Below, in pieces: positions 17,295 through 25,877 of a stretch of 36,528 nucleotides of DNA. Below the pieces are notes generated by a model. That model ran no database searches. It had not been told where the DNA came from and saw nothing but the letters and a program-made list of their open reading frames with translations. Both the position numbers and the translations under genes were made by a program. Where the stretch lies: contig QNVF01000010.1 of the NCBI GenBank assembly GCA_004347965.1, positions 1-36,528 of the forward strand, written 5' to 3'. Source of the DNA: Candidatus Nezhaarchaeota archaeon WYZ-LMO8. Lineage in GTDB: Archaea; Thermoproteota; Methanomethylicia; Nezhaarchaeales; WYZ-LMO8. Numbering within the stretch: the first letter of the stretch is position 1; every line of letters starts with the position of its first letter.

Positions 17295-18170
17295 CTTGTA
17301 ACAACTTGATCCGTAAAGCTCCTTTCTACGAGCTTCAAGCATCTCGATTGGCTTACCTTCAAATTCAGCAGCAGATAACAGTCTAACTCCCTTCAATTCA
17401 GCTTCTCTAATTACGGGTTCTATCTTCTGCTTATAGCCTAGATCCCTCATTAAGTGGTGATCTAAGACGATAGTCTTCACAGGAGTCTCACGAATTATTT
17501 TAACCAAGTTTTTTATAGAAGCCTCTAAGCTTTCATAAGAGTATCGATATCCCAGCATGTAAGTCATGGGACCATCAACTATGAGAACGTCCGATCTTTC
17601 ACGCAATATTATGTCTAATTGTGCGTCAAGTGATGGACCCTCAACATCTGATGTGTATAGAACCTTTTCCTCGCCATCACACACTGAGACCATAATTACG
17701 TAACCTAGTTTGGTGTTTGTACCGTGGGGGGTAGGCTCTGAGATCCTTATGATCGTGGAGTTGACCCTTATATCCCTTCCATCAGCATATTGATATGTAC
17801 CCCCAGCCTCGTTGATCTTCGATAGAAAGTAGCTAGCTCTCCTCTTCTGGCTAAAGTTTATGTTTTGGGTTGGATGCTTGACGTAAACCATCTTCTTAGC
17901 TAGAAGCTCAGCAGAGTCAGGTTCGTGGTGATCGTAGTGGTAGTGAGTTATTACTACGTGTGTACAGTCTATGAGGTTATCCTCTATAATGGACCACATC
18001 TCATTGAGCTTCTTAATCTCTAGTTCATGAGGAGGAAGACCATAACGGTAGGGAGCTAGAGCTACTCCTGGATCTATCATTAATCTGAGGTCCTTGGTCT
18101 CGACAACAGTTGCCATGGACCTTACGCCCATGCTATCATAGGCAAGCAACTCTATCTTCACTAATCTCAC
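17280..18170 (-). CDS. Metallo-beta-lactamase-fold hydrolase (UPF0282-like)
   Basis: DSMGVRSMAT, IDPGVALAP.RYGLPPH, THYHYDHH, PHG, SDVEGP and DHHLMRD. Confidence 0.9.
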   Translation of the reverse strand: MRLVKIELLAYDSMGVRSMATVVETKDLRLMIDPGVALAPYRYGLPPHELEIKKLNEMWSIIEDNLIDCTHVVITHYHYDHHEPDSAELLAKKMVYVKHPTQNINFSQKRRASYFLSKINEAGGTYQYADGRDIRVNSTIIRISEPTPHGTNTKLGYVIMVSVCDGEEKVLYTSDVEGPSLDAQLDIILRERSDVLIVDGPMTYMLGYRYSYESLEASIKNLVKIIRETPVKTIVLDHHLMRDLGYKQKIEPVIREAELKGVRLLSAAEFEGKPIEMLEARRKELYGSSCYKLDAT

Positions 18171-18389
18171 CGCAGGACCATACCTTGCAAAATCTATTCA
18201 TCATAATATTGCTCTCTACCTCAGCTTACATTCTGTATTGTAGAAAGGCGTGATTTTAACTTTACAGCAATCGTGAAGAAGCGAGACGGCTTAGCTGAAT
18301 TAAGGCAAGTAGGGTAGGTAGTTAGTTGACTCTAATTAAGTTAAGCACAATACTTAAAACCCTTCATTGCTTGAAGAAGCATTGAAGAA

Positions 18390-20177
18390 GTGAGGTTAAT
18401 GGCTGGTTGGTGGGGTAGAGTTCTTCGAGTAGATTTGAGTAAAAGAGAAGTCGCTGTTGATAGCCTGGAGCTAAGTCTCCTAAAGATGTTCCTTGGCGGT
18501 ACGGGTTTGGGTGCTTACTGGCTCTATAAGTACTTGAGGCCAGGTGTTGAACCTCTATCTAGAGATAACATCTTAGTTCTAGCTTCAGGCCCTTTAACCG
18601 GTACTAGGGTTTATGGGACGTCGAGGGTTACCTTGATATCGAAGTCGCCTTTAACATTGACGTTCTTCGATAGCACGTGTGGCGGGATCTTCCCAGCGTA
18701 CTTCAAGAAGTGTGGCTTTGATGCCATGGTTGTACATGGTGCATCCGACGAACCTGTTTACGTGCACGTTTACGATGATGGGGCGGAGATACTTCCTGCT
18801 AAGGACTTGTGGGGACTTAAGGTTACAGAGACGATTCAAGAACTTCGAAAGAGACATGGATTTAAGTGCTCGGCCATAGCGATAGGCCCTGCGGGAGAGA
18901 ACATCGTCAGGATCGCCTCGGTCATGGGCGACAACGGTCATGCCTTCGGTAGGGGAGGGCTTGGAGCAGTATTTGGATCTAAGATGTTGAAGGCGGTAGT
19001 AGCTAGTGGAACTAAGGTAATTGAGGAAGCTCGAAGTGAAGAGCTTGATGAGCTGCTTGATAACATGCGAGTCAGGATCACGTGGAGTCCCTATTTGGGT
19101 AGGACGTTAAGGAATGTTGGGACTAATGCTCTACTAACAGTGATAAATGACTGGGGTCTCCTACCAACCATGAACTTCTCACGAGGTACATTTGATGGTG
19201 CCTCTAAGCTATCAGCTGAGGAGCTAGCTAAACTAGTGATAGGTAGGAAGGGCTGTTACAATTGCCCAATAGCATGTAAAAGGGTCACTAAGACTGATAG
19301 AATGAGCGGTGATGGACCGGAGTATGAGAGCATCGCCAACTTGGGCAGCATGTTAGGTGTTGATGACTTAAAGGATGTAGCAGAAATGAATTACCTGTGC
19401 AATGAGCTTGGGCTTGACACTATATCCATGGGTGTGACTCTTGCATGCTTCTTGGAGTTGGTTGAGAGAGGTAAAGTGAAGCTCGACTTAAGGTGGGGTG
19501 AGTCTGAGAGGTTGAAGAGGTTGATAGTTGATACGGCTTACAGGAGAGGTTATGGAGATGTACTCGCTGAGGGCTCACTAAGGCTCGCTAGGAGCTATGG
19601 AGAGGAGGAAGTATCCATGAGCGTGAAAGGACTAGAGATACCAGCTTACGATCCCAGGGGAGCTTTCGGCATCGCCCTCTCATACGCTACCTCCTTTCGT
19701 GGTGCTTGCCACTTGAGAAGCTGGACCATAGCCTTCGAGGTCATAGGAGTGCCTAACTTAGTTGACAGGTTCTCAGTCTTCGAGAAGCCATCATTAGTCA
19801 AGTACACGCAGGACCTGGCAGCAGCATACGACAGCTTAGTTATGTGTAAGCACTTTGCCATAGAGTTTGATGAGGAGCCCTTGAGTGCCATGCTGAGCGC
19901 TGTTACTGGGCTAGAATTCTCTAAAGAAGAGCTATTGATGGTGGGTGAAAGAGTTTGGACGGTCACCAGGCTATTTAATATAAGGGAAGGTTTTGGTCAA
20001 AAGGATGATAGGCTACCGAAGAGACTTCTAACGCCATTAACAACTGGCCCCACTGCCGGCAGAGCACCACCTCTCAACGATATGATTGAAGAGTACTACT
20101 CAGTTAGAGAATGGGATCCTGATGGTGTTCCAACTAAGAGAAATCTTGGTAAATTAAATTTGGAGGGGATCGTATGA
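18390..20177 (+). CDS. aor: Tungsten-dependent aldehyde:ferredoxin oxidoreductase family protein
   Basis: LRVDLS, KSPLT, IGPAGEN, GRGGLGAVFGSKMLKA, CYNCPIAC, GPEYE, GLDTISMG, YDPRG and RGACH. Confidence 0.93.
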   Translation: MRLMAGWWGRVLRVDLSKREVAVDSLELSLLKMFLGGTGLGAYWLYKYLRPGVEPLSRDNILVLASGPLTGTRVYGTSRVTLISKSPLTLTFFDSTCGGIFPAYFKKCGFDAMVVHGASDEPVYVHVYDDGAEILPAKDLWGLKVTETIQELRKRHGFKCSAIAIGPAGENIVRIASVMGDNGHAFGRGGLGAVFGSKMLKAVVASGTKVIEEARSEELDELLDNMRVRITWSPYLGRTLRNVGTNALLTVINDWGLLPTMNFSRGTFDGASKLSAEELAKLVIGRKGCYNCPIACKRVTKTDRMSGDGPEYESIANLGSMLGVDDLKDVAEMNYLCNELGLDTISMGVTLACFLELVERGKVKLDLRWGESERLKRLIVDTAYRRGYGDVLAEGSLRLARSYGEEEVSMSVKGLEIPAYDPRGAFGIALSYATSFRGACHLRSWTIAFEVIGVPNLVDRFSVFEKPSLVKYTQDLAAAYDSLVMCKHFAIEFDEEPLSAMLSAVTGLEFSKEELLMVGERVWTVTRLFNIREGFGQKDDRLPKRLLTPLTTGPTAGRAPPLNDMIEEYYSVREWDPDGVPTKRNLGKLNLEGIV

Positions 20178-20785
20178 CCGTTATGAGGGCATTGGATCGT
20201 GAGATCTACGAGGTTCTGAGGGAGTACGCCTCTAGAATTGCTAAGAGAGGTTACGTTACCGCTCATGGCGGAAATCTTAGTATTAGATCTGGAGATTACA
20301 TGTGGATTACAAGACATGCATGTTCTCTCGAGAATCTTAAACCTGAGGACATCGTTAGGGTACCAATAGACAAGCCCTCAAGCTACGACATTATAGCGTC
20401 AACAGAGACACCAGTTCATAGAGAAGTTTACAAGAAGACTAGGAACCTGAATGTGATGCACGCTCACCCGCCATTCTCAGTTGCTCTATCGTACTTCGTC
20501 GATGAGCTGATACCACCAGATTCTGAGGGCTACCACGTTTTAAGGCGTGTACCAGTTGTTGAAGGTGCTCCTGGCTCTTCAACGTTGGCTAATGAGGTAG
20601 CTAATGGGCTATCGAAGCATTGGGCTGTCATAGTTAGGGGCCATGGAGTCTTCGCTTCATCTAAGTTCATTGACCATACTTACCAGATTCTATGCATGGT
20701 TGAGCACTCAGCTAAAATACTGTACTTAAAGAACTTGTATGAGAAAGCTCTTGGAGTGGGAGCCAAGATCCCAAGAGAGTTTTGA
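20174..20785 (+). CDS. Class II aldolase/adducin family protein (FucA/MtnB-like)
   Basis: GGNLSIR, ASTETPVHREVY, HAHPP and VRGHGVF; ATGA overlap with aor. Confidence 0.9.
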   Translation: MTVMRALDREIYEVLREYASRIAKRGYVTAHGGNLSIRSGDYMWITRHACSLENLKPEDIVRVPIDKPSSYDIIASTETPVHREVYKKTRNLNVMHAHPPFSVALSYFVDELIPPDSEGYHVLRRVPVVEGAPGSSTLANEVANGLSKHWAVIVRGHGVFASSKFIDHTYQILCMVEHSAKILYLKNLYEKALGVGAKIPREF

Positions 20786-20838
20786 CTTGAATTAAACTAG
20801 TAAAGTTTTAATGGAACGACCATAGTATGCTCACATAA

Positions 20839-20928
20839 GCCCCGGTAGCTCAGTTAGGCAGAGCGGCGGGCTGTTAACGATGGGCAGAAACCCGTAGGTC
20901 GGAGGTTCGAGTCCTCCCCGGGGCGCCA
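20839..20928 (+). tRNA. tRNA-Asn(GUU) with a 13-nt intron at 37/38 (20877-20889), CCA encoded
   Basis: GCCCCGG...GCGGG-CT-GTT-A[ACGATGGGCAGAA]A-CCCGT...TTCGAGT...CCGGGGC-G-CCA; intron GCAG pairs with CUGU to form the BHB central helix. Confidence 0.95.
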
Positions 20929-21079
20929 AGACCTTAATAAAATGCAATGGGTCGTCGTAGAGAGGGTCCTTAGCCGCGTTAGTTAGTCTTATCCAACCGT
21001 GAGGGCTCTTAGATCACCTCTAAATCTACCTGTCGTGAAGTAAAGCTTAAGAGGCCTTAGACAATGTGATAGTTTTGAG

Positions 21080-21208
21080 CCCCGGGTAGCTCAGTGGTAG
21101 AGCGCTCGGCTGTAGCTTATGCACGGGTCGAGGGGCGAGTATCGCCGCAATGAAAACCCGTCGGCCGAGACCGAGTGGTCGCAGGTTCAAATCCTGCCCC
21201 GGGGACCA
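21080..21208 (+). tRNA. tRNA-Tyr(GUA) with a 54-nt intron at 37/38 (21116-21169), CCA encoded
   Basis: CCCCGGG...CTCGG-CT-GTA-G[intron]A-CCGAG...TTCAAAT...CCCGGGG-A-CCA; C1-G72 and A73 are the archaeal Tyr identity elements. Confidence 0.93.
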
Positions 21209-21209
21209 T

Positions 21210-21920
21210 CTACTCCTTAATGCAGTGGAAAACAAGCACTGAAGTATATGGAAGAGAGACCGAGGTGACTGAGAGACCTAGAGACTTAAGTTCATGGTAT
21301 AGCTTATTCTGCCACTTTCTGCTTTTGCTCCCGAAGATAGATAACGTCCCTCTGATCTTTAAGAGGGAGACCAGGTCCCCCAAGAAGCTGCTAGAGAAGA
21401 GTGATGGGTTCTTGTTTGGATTAGGTCCTCCATCATGGACTATGTGATCAAAGAGGTCATTTATGTAGCGCACAACGTTTACTGCATCGCAGAGGCATAT
21501 CTTAACTATCGGGCTTGATAGGGCCTCTCGAAATGGTGGATAGGGGTTCCTATGAAGAGCAGCTGCTAATATCTCAGGTGATGAATCTATGGTCAAGTAC
21601 AGTGAAGGTGAAGTTGTGGAGAGAATGGAGTAGCAGGTCCTCCCCAGCCCAGTCCCTATCTCGAGGACCTTAGAACCTCGTCTCACGGCTTCAGCCCACG
21701 AAATATGCGTGCCGTAAATTATTAACCTCGTTATGTCTCTATCCTCTGATGTATAGCCTAGTCCGCCAGTTATTCGATCTATTAGACTCCATAGCTCCTC
21801 CCAACTAAGCGAGAGTATGCGGTCCTTGAATTCTAATGCGGCTATTCTGCTAATTCTATCAACCTCATCGTATCTTCTTTGTTGCAATAGCTCCTTAATG
21901 GAGTCCTCTGAGACGATCAC
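21210..21920 (-). CDS. Class I SAM-dependent methyltransferase, substrate unknown
   Basis: VLEIGTGLG motif I, TIDSS acidic strand, CDA and FDHIVHDG. Confidence 0.8.
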   Translation of the reverse strand: MIVSEDSIKELLQQRRYDEVDRISRIAALEFKDRILSLSWEELWSLIDRITGGLGYTSEDRDITRLIIYGTHISWAEAVRRGSKVLEIGTGLGRTCYSILSTTSPSLYLTIDSSPEILAAALHRNPYPPFREALSSPIVKICLCDAVNVVRYINDLFDHIVHDGGPNPNKNPSLFSSSFLGDLVSLLKIRGTLSIFGSKSRKWQNKLYHELKSLGLSVTSVSLPYTSVLVFHCIKE

Positions 21921-21998
21921 GTAGAAATCGATTTCAAGGTAATTAAAGAAGGTATCGTCTTTTTAGTCCTCCACTACTAGGTAGTCTTGTGGTAGTAA

Positions 21999-22955
21999 AT
22001 GGAGCCGTTAACCACAACCACTATAGGAAGTTTTCCTCTTCCACCTAGCATTGAGGGGTTCAAGAAGAGCCTTGAAATTCAAGTCAAAGCTGGAGTGGAC
22101 TATCCAGCTTTACCTCAATTAGAGGACTTCTGCACCATATTCTTGAGGGATATAGCTAAGAAGGGTAGAGGTATTGAGGAGAGAGGAGGAACGTATTTAC
22201 TTACTGGCCCTATCGAGCCGCCCAAGGAGCCAACCATAATGCAAGATGTTGCCCTAGCCATAACTACGCTCAAAGAGCTTAACGTGAATAAGAGAATCAA
22301 AGCCCAGATCACGGGCCCCTTCACGCTTTCATCGATGGTCAAGTTCCTAGATAAGACAGCCATGTCTTATCCGGACTTGGTCGAAAGCTTTGCGGATGCT
22401 ATGTCTGAAATAGCGTCCTCTGTGCTAAGCTTTGAGGAGGTAGAGGTCATCTTCGTCGATGAGCCCACTTTGTACTACGCGTTGTGGTATGGATATGACG
22501 AAAATTTCGTTGCAAACGCCTTAAACAGAGTGTTCAGAAAACTGGGTCGAAGCGTTGAGAGAGGGCTACACGTGTGTGGTGATGTTAGGGGGCTGTCGAG
22601 AGTAACGTTGAAGCTCGATGTCGACGTATTGCACCACGAGTTTACCGGCTTCACCAGGAACTTTGAGGCCTATAAACCAGAGGAGGTCGTTAAGTCAGGC
22701 AAGATGCTTGGAATAGGAGCTGTCACCACGAAGCCTATAGATTCTACTATTAAGGTGGAAAGAGCTGAGGAAGTTGAGAGCTTATTGAGAAAAGCGTTAA
22801 ACCTATATGGATCCAGGATAGTAGTTGCCCCCGATTGCGGATTTAGAGGTCTAATTGAGGTTTTAAGGGTTGAAGAAGCTGTTGAAGTAACGTTTCAAAA
22901 GCTTAACGTCATGGTCGAGACAGTTCTAAAGTTGAGGAAAGAAATAGGATTATAG
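21999..22955 (+). CDS. Cobalamin-independent methionine synthase, single-barrel 'core' MetE-like
   Basis: TTIGSFP, KAQITGPFTL, VDEP, Zn ligands HVC / HE / PDCG. Confidence 0.85.
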   Translation: MEPLTTTTIGSFPLPPSIEGFKKSLEIQVKAGVDYPALPQLEDFCTIFLRDIAKKGRGIEERGGTYLLTGPIEPPKEPTIMQDVALAITTLKELNVNKRIKAQITGPFTLSSMVKFLDKTAMSYPDLVESFADAMSEIASSVLSFEEVEVIFVDEPTLYYALWYGYDENFVANALNRVFRKLGRSVERGLHVCGDVRGLSRVTLKLDVDVLHHEFTGFTRNFEAYKPEEVVKSGKMLGIGAVTTKPIDSTIKVERAEEVESLLRKALNLYGSRIVVAPDCGFRGLIEVLRVEEAVEVTFQKLNVMVETVLKLRKEIGL

Positions 22956-22975
22956 GTCCTTTAAAGCAGTTATCC

Positions 22976-23215
22976 TCAAATTTCCTCTATCTTTATTGCT
23001 GAAGCTGGACAGCTATCAGCAGCTTCCTTTACACAATTATAGAGAGCATCCGGTATTTCGCCTATTGATACTTTGTCATCGAAGAACTTACTGTACTTAT
23101 CGGTGACCCTAACTTTGTAAATGTCGTCGCCAAGCACAAAGACCTCAGGGCATATGGTGGGTGCAGCTCCACAAGCCATGCACTTCTCTCTATCCACAAT
23201 AACTCTGTATGGCAT
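22976..23215 (-). CDS. Monocluster ferredoxin with a variant motif (CxxCxxAxxxCP)
   Basis: VIVDREKCMACGAAPTICPEVF ... EAADSCPASAIKIEE. Confidence 0.85.
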   Translation of the reverse strand: MPYRVIVDREKCMACGAAPTICPEVFVLGDDIYKVRVTDKYSKFFDDKVSIGEIPDALYNCVKEAADSCPASAIKIEEI

Positions 23216-23403
23216 AGGAAATACTAACTCTTCGAGGTATTATAAGAGAGAGCGCGATTTCATTCACGTGAAAAATCCGCTACGAGATATAGGTCTTAGA
23301 GCTTAATAATTAAGGAGTTTTCTCGCGTGCTTATCTAAGATCGTACAATCGACGTTGAGGTCAAGTTCTCAAGAATTACCTAAAGTGCTCATCTCCTCTA
23401 TAT

Positions 23404-24714
23404 CTACCGATTAGTGCTTCCTTTAAGGAGTGCTATTATCTCTTGTAAGCTTAGTAAACGCTCTTCTCGACTGTTCATGTCCTTCAACCTGTAGACGCTG
23501 CTTCTTACCTCTTGAGGGCCTACTATGATTACGTAGGGTATTCCCTTTGCATCTGCGTACTTCAATTGTCTCTCAAGCTTCCTACCCATAACGTCAACCT
23601 CAACTTTGATACCTTCGCTCCTTAGTTTTTCGGCTATGATTACAGTCTCCTTCTTGACTAATGGGTTCGTGTATGTGACGAATGCTTGAGTTGATGTCCT
23701 TGCCTTTGGTAGCATGTCTGCTTCGCTCAGCACTTCCACTAACCTGTCTATGCCTAAAGATATGCCAGTAGCTGGAGTAGGGGGACCTCCAAGTAGTTCT
23801 ATGAGGTTGTCGTATCTACCTCCTCCAGCTACGCTGCCCACGTTTATTGTTGTCTCAGCCGATATCTCGAATATGGGCCCCGTATAGTAGTCTAAGCCCC
23901 TCGCTAAGCTTAAGTCTACGATCACGTACTGAGAGTAATCATAGAATTCTAAGTTATGAACTATCTCGATTAGCTCATTGAGCCCTTCTTTACCTCTCTC
24001 CGTCAACACATCGCTTAGATCCTTCTCTATGAGGTCCACGCTCCCCTGCTTTGACACTTGATCCATTATCATTGATATCTGGCGATCAGTTAAACTCAGC
24101 TTCCTCAATTCTTGCTTCACGCCTTCCAGTCCTATCTTATCCAGCTTGTCTATAGCTCTAAAGACGCTCAGCGATAGCTCCTTGTCGACGCTAGCAGACT
24201 CAGCTACTGATTCAAGAATCTTTCTGTTATTCAACCTCACCCTAAAGTTCTTCATACCCAGATTCTTCAGACACGAGATAGCAACTGCTATGACCTCGGC
24301 ATCTGCATCCATCTTGGCACTGCCAACTATGTCGACATCAGCTTGCCAGAATTCCCTAAACCTTCCACTCTGAGGTTCCTCATACCTCCAAACTCTGGAT
24401 ATGCAGTACCTCTTGAATGGTTTTGGAAGGTCAGGATGGCTTGCGACAACCCTAGCTAAGGGGACAGTTAAATCAAACCTTAAGCCTAGCTCTCGCCCCA
24501 CCTTATCCTTGAAAGCATAAATCTGCTCCTTCACTTCAGGGCCACACTTAGCGGTGAGTACATCTAGGAACTCGAAAGCTGGAGTCTCCATCTCATCAAA
24601 GCCATATAGCTCAAACGTGGACCTAATGGTTTCTATCACAAAACGTCTCTTAATCATGTCCCAAGGTAGGAAGTCTCTAGTGCCTCTAGGTCTCCTTAAG
24701 CTCGATTTATCCAA
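23404..24714 (-). CDS. hisS: Histidine--tRNA ligase
   Basis: RPRGTRDF, LRFDLTVPLAR, RYEEPQSGRFREFWQ, RGLDYYTG, GGGRYD and a C-terminal anticodon-binding domain. Confidence 0.98.
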   Translation of the reverse strand: MDKSSLRRPRGTRDFLPWDMIKRRFVIETIRSTFELYGFDEMETPAFEFLDVLTAKCGPEVKEQIYAFKDKVGRELGLRFDLTVPLARVVASHPDLPKPFKRYCISRVWRYEEPQSGRFREFWQADVDIVGSAKMDADAEVIAVAISCLKNLGMKNFRVRLNNRKILESVAESASVDKELSLSVFRAIDKLDKIGLEGVKQELRKLSLTDRQISMIMDQVSKQGSVDLIEKDLSDVLTERGKEGLNELIEIVHNLEFYDYSQYVIVDLSLARGLDYYTGPIFEISAETTINVGSVAGGGRYDNLIELLGGPPTPATGISLGIDRLVEVLSEADMLPKARTSTQAFVTYTNPLVKKETVIIAEKLRSEGIKVEVDVMGRKLERQLKYADAKGIPYVIIVGPQEVRSSVYRLKDMNSREERLLSLQEIIALLKGSTNR

Positions 24715-24729
24715 GACCTACTAGCCCTC

Positions 24730-25266
24730 CTATAGATCCGAGAGGGTTATGGAATAGTAGCATACCTCTCCTTGTGAATCTATGATGGCTATTATAAGCT
24801 CTTTTCTCAAGTTTCTTGCTTCACGAGCTTTATCTATTATCGTTCTGAGATCGATGAGCTGCCCCTCCACAACTCCAAATACAAGGTATTTAGCTCCCTC
24901 TCGCCCAAGCTCAGCTCCTCTCCTGTAGAGTCTAAACTCTACTTGATCCTTAGAGAAGCCAGGCTTAACGGTGTAACCTCTTCTCTTAAGATCAGAGTAC
25001 ACTAAGTACTTTAGCCAAAACTTGGGGTCCATGCTTATCATTAAACCTGAAAATTCTGGATAGCTGAGGGGTCTTTTCCCAACTTCAACTTTGAGGAAGC
25101 CTCGTTCAAGTAGGTAGGCTGCCTCTATAGGGTCTAAGACTATATCACCCTTATCGTCCACCTCACCATAGTATCCAAGCTGCCTAAGAGCGACAGCATC
25201 GTCGCCCTTAACTACAACGGAGCGATTTACTATTTCACCTTTGATTTGCGCTTTTATGGCTATCAA
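24730..25266 (-). CDS. endA: tRNA-splicing endonuclease subunit, probably structural (beta)
   Basis: IEAAYLLERG, VYSDLKRRGY.VKPG, FRLY and RKELIIAIID..GEV.YY; the catalytic His is absent (no His anywhere in the protein). Confidence 0.85.
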   Translation of the reverse strand: MIAIKAQIKGEIVNRSVVVKGDDAVALRQLGYYGEVDDKGDIVLDPIEAAYLLERGFLKVEVGKRPLSYPEFSGLMISMDPKFWLKYLVYSDLKRRGYTVKPGFSKDQVEFRLYRRGAELGREGAKYLVFGVVEGQLIDLRTIIDKAREARNLRKELIIAIIDSQGEVCYYSITLSDL

Positions 25267-25328
25267 GGAGAATCGACATTAAAGGTTTCGAGAAAACGTT
25301 ATTTAAATCTAACCAAAGTAGAACCTTT

Positions 25329-25877
25329 TTGAGCTGTGTGTGGAGGAAGATATCGAAAGCAATAGGTGATGAGCTGACAAAGGAGACCAAAAAACCTTCA
25401 GTAGTCATTCTCTGTATAGGTAACGAGGAGAGAGGCGATGACGCTTTTGGCCCTCACGTGGCTAAGAATATTAAGAGACTGAAGAAGAAAGGGTTAGTTG
25501 AAATCATCGATTGCGGTACAGTACCAGAAAACTACACCGACGTGATTAGGAGGATTAAACCAACTCACGTGATAATAGTTGATGCCGTTGACTTCAAAGG
25601 TTCTCCTGGAGACATAATCTTGTCATTTGAACCTACGATTAGTGAAGTAAGCATTTCAACTCATAAGCCTTCACTAACGCTCTTGACCAAGTTCATTCAG
25701 AGCACTATAGGATCAAAAATCATTTTGCTGGGTGTACAACCAAAGAGTATTGAGTGGGGTTTAAGCATGTCAGATGAAGTCGTTGCAGCAAGCAATGTAG
25801 TAATAAAAGCTCTTAAAAGCGTCATTAGGAGAGTAAGAAGGACAGTTATCGAGCAGAGTCAAGCTGTAAGTCCTTAA
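25329..25877 (+). CDS. hycI: Hydrogenase maturation peptidase, HycI-like
   Basis: IGNEERGDDAFG, GTVPEN, IVDAVD, STH and LGVQP. Confidence 0.9.
   Translation: MSCVWRKISKAIGDELTKETKKPSVVILCIGNEERGDDAFGPHVAKNIKRLKKKGLVEIIDCGTVPENYTDVIRRIKPTHVIIVDAVDFKGSPGDIILSFEPTISEVSISTHKPSLTLLTKFIQSTIGSKIILLGVQPKSIEWGLSMSDEVVAASNVVIKALKSVIRRVRRTVIEQSQAVSP

Noticed and set aside
20962..21016. Hairpin (GAGGGTCCTTA/TGAGGGCTCTT) between the two tRNAs as an H/ACA guide RNA
   Set aside because: The stem relies on several G-U pairs; no clear K-turn, pseudouridylation pocket or ACA box.
21116..21169. C/D box guide RNA or nested second intron inside the tRNA-Tyr intron
   Set aside because: No RUGAUGA C box, and no second 4-bp BHB helix can be formed.
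25329..25877. hycI as a marker of a hydrogenase locus
   Set aside because: No hydrogenase subunits in the window; stand-alone maturation proteases are common in archaea.
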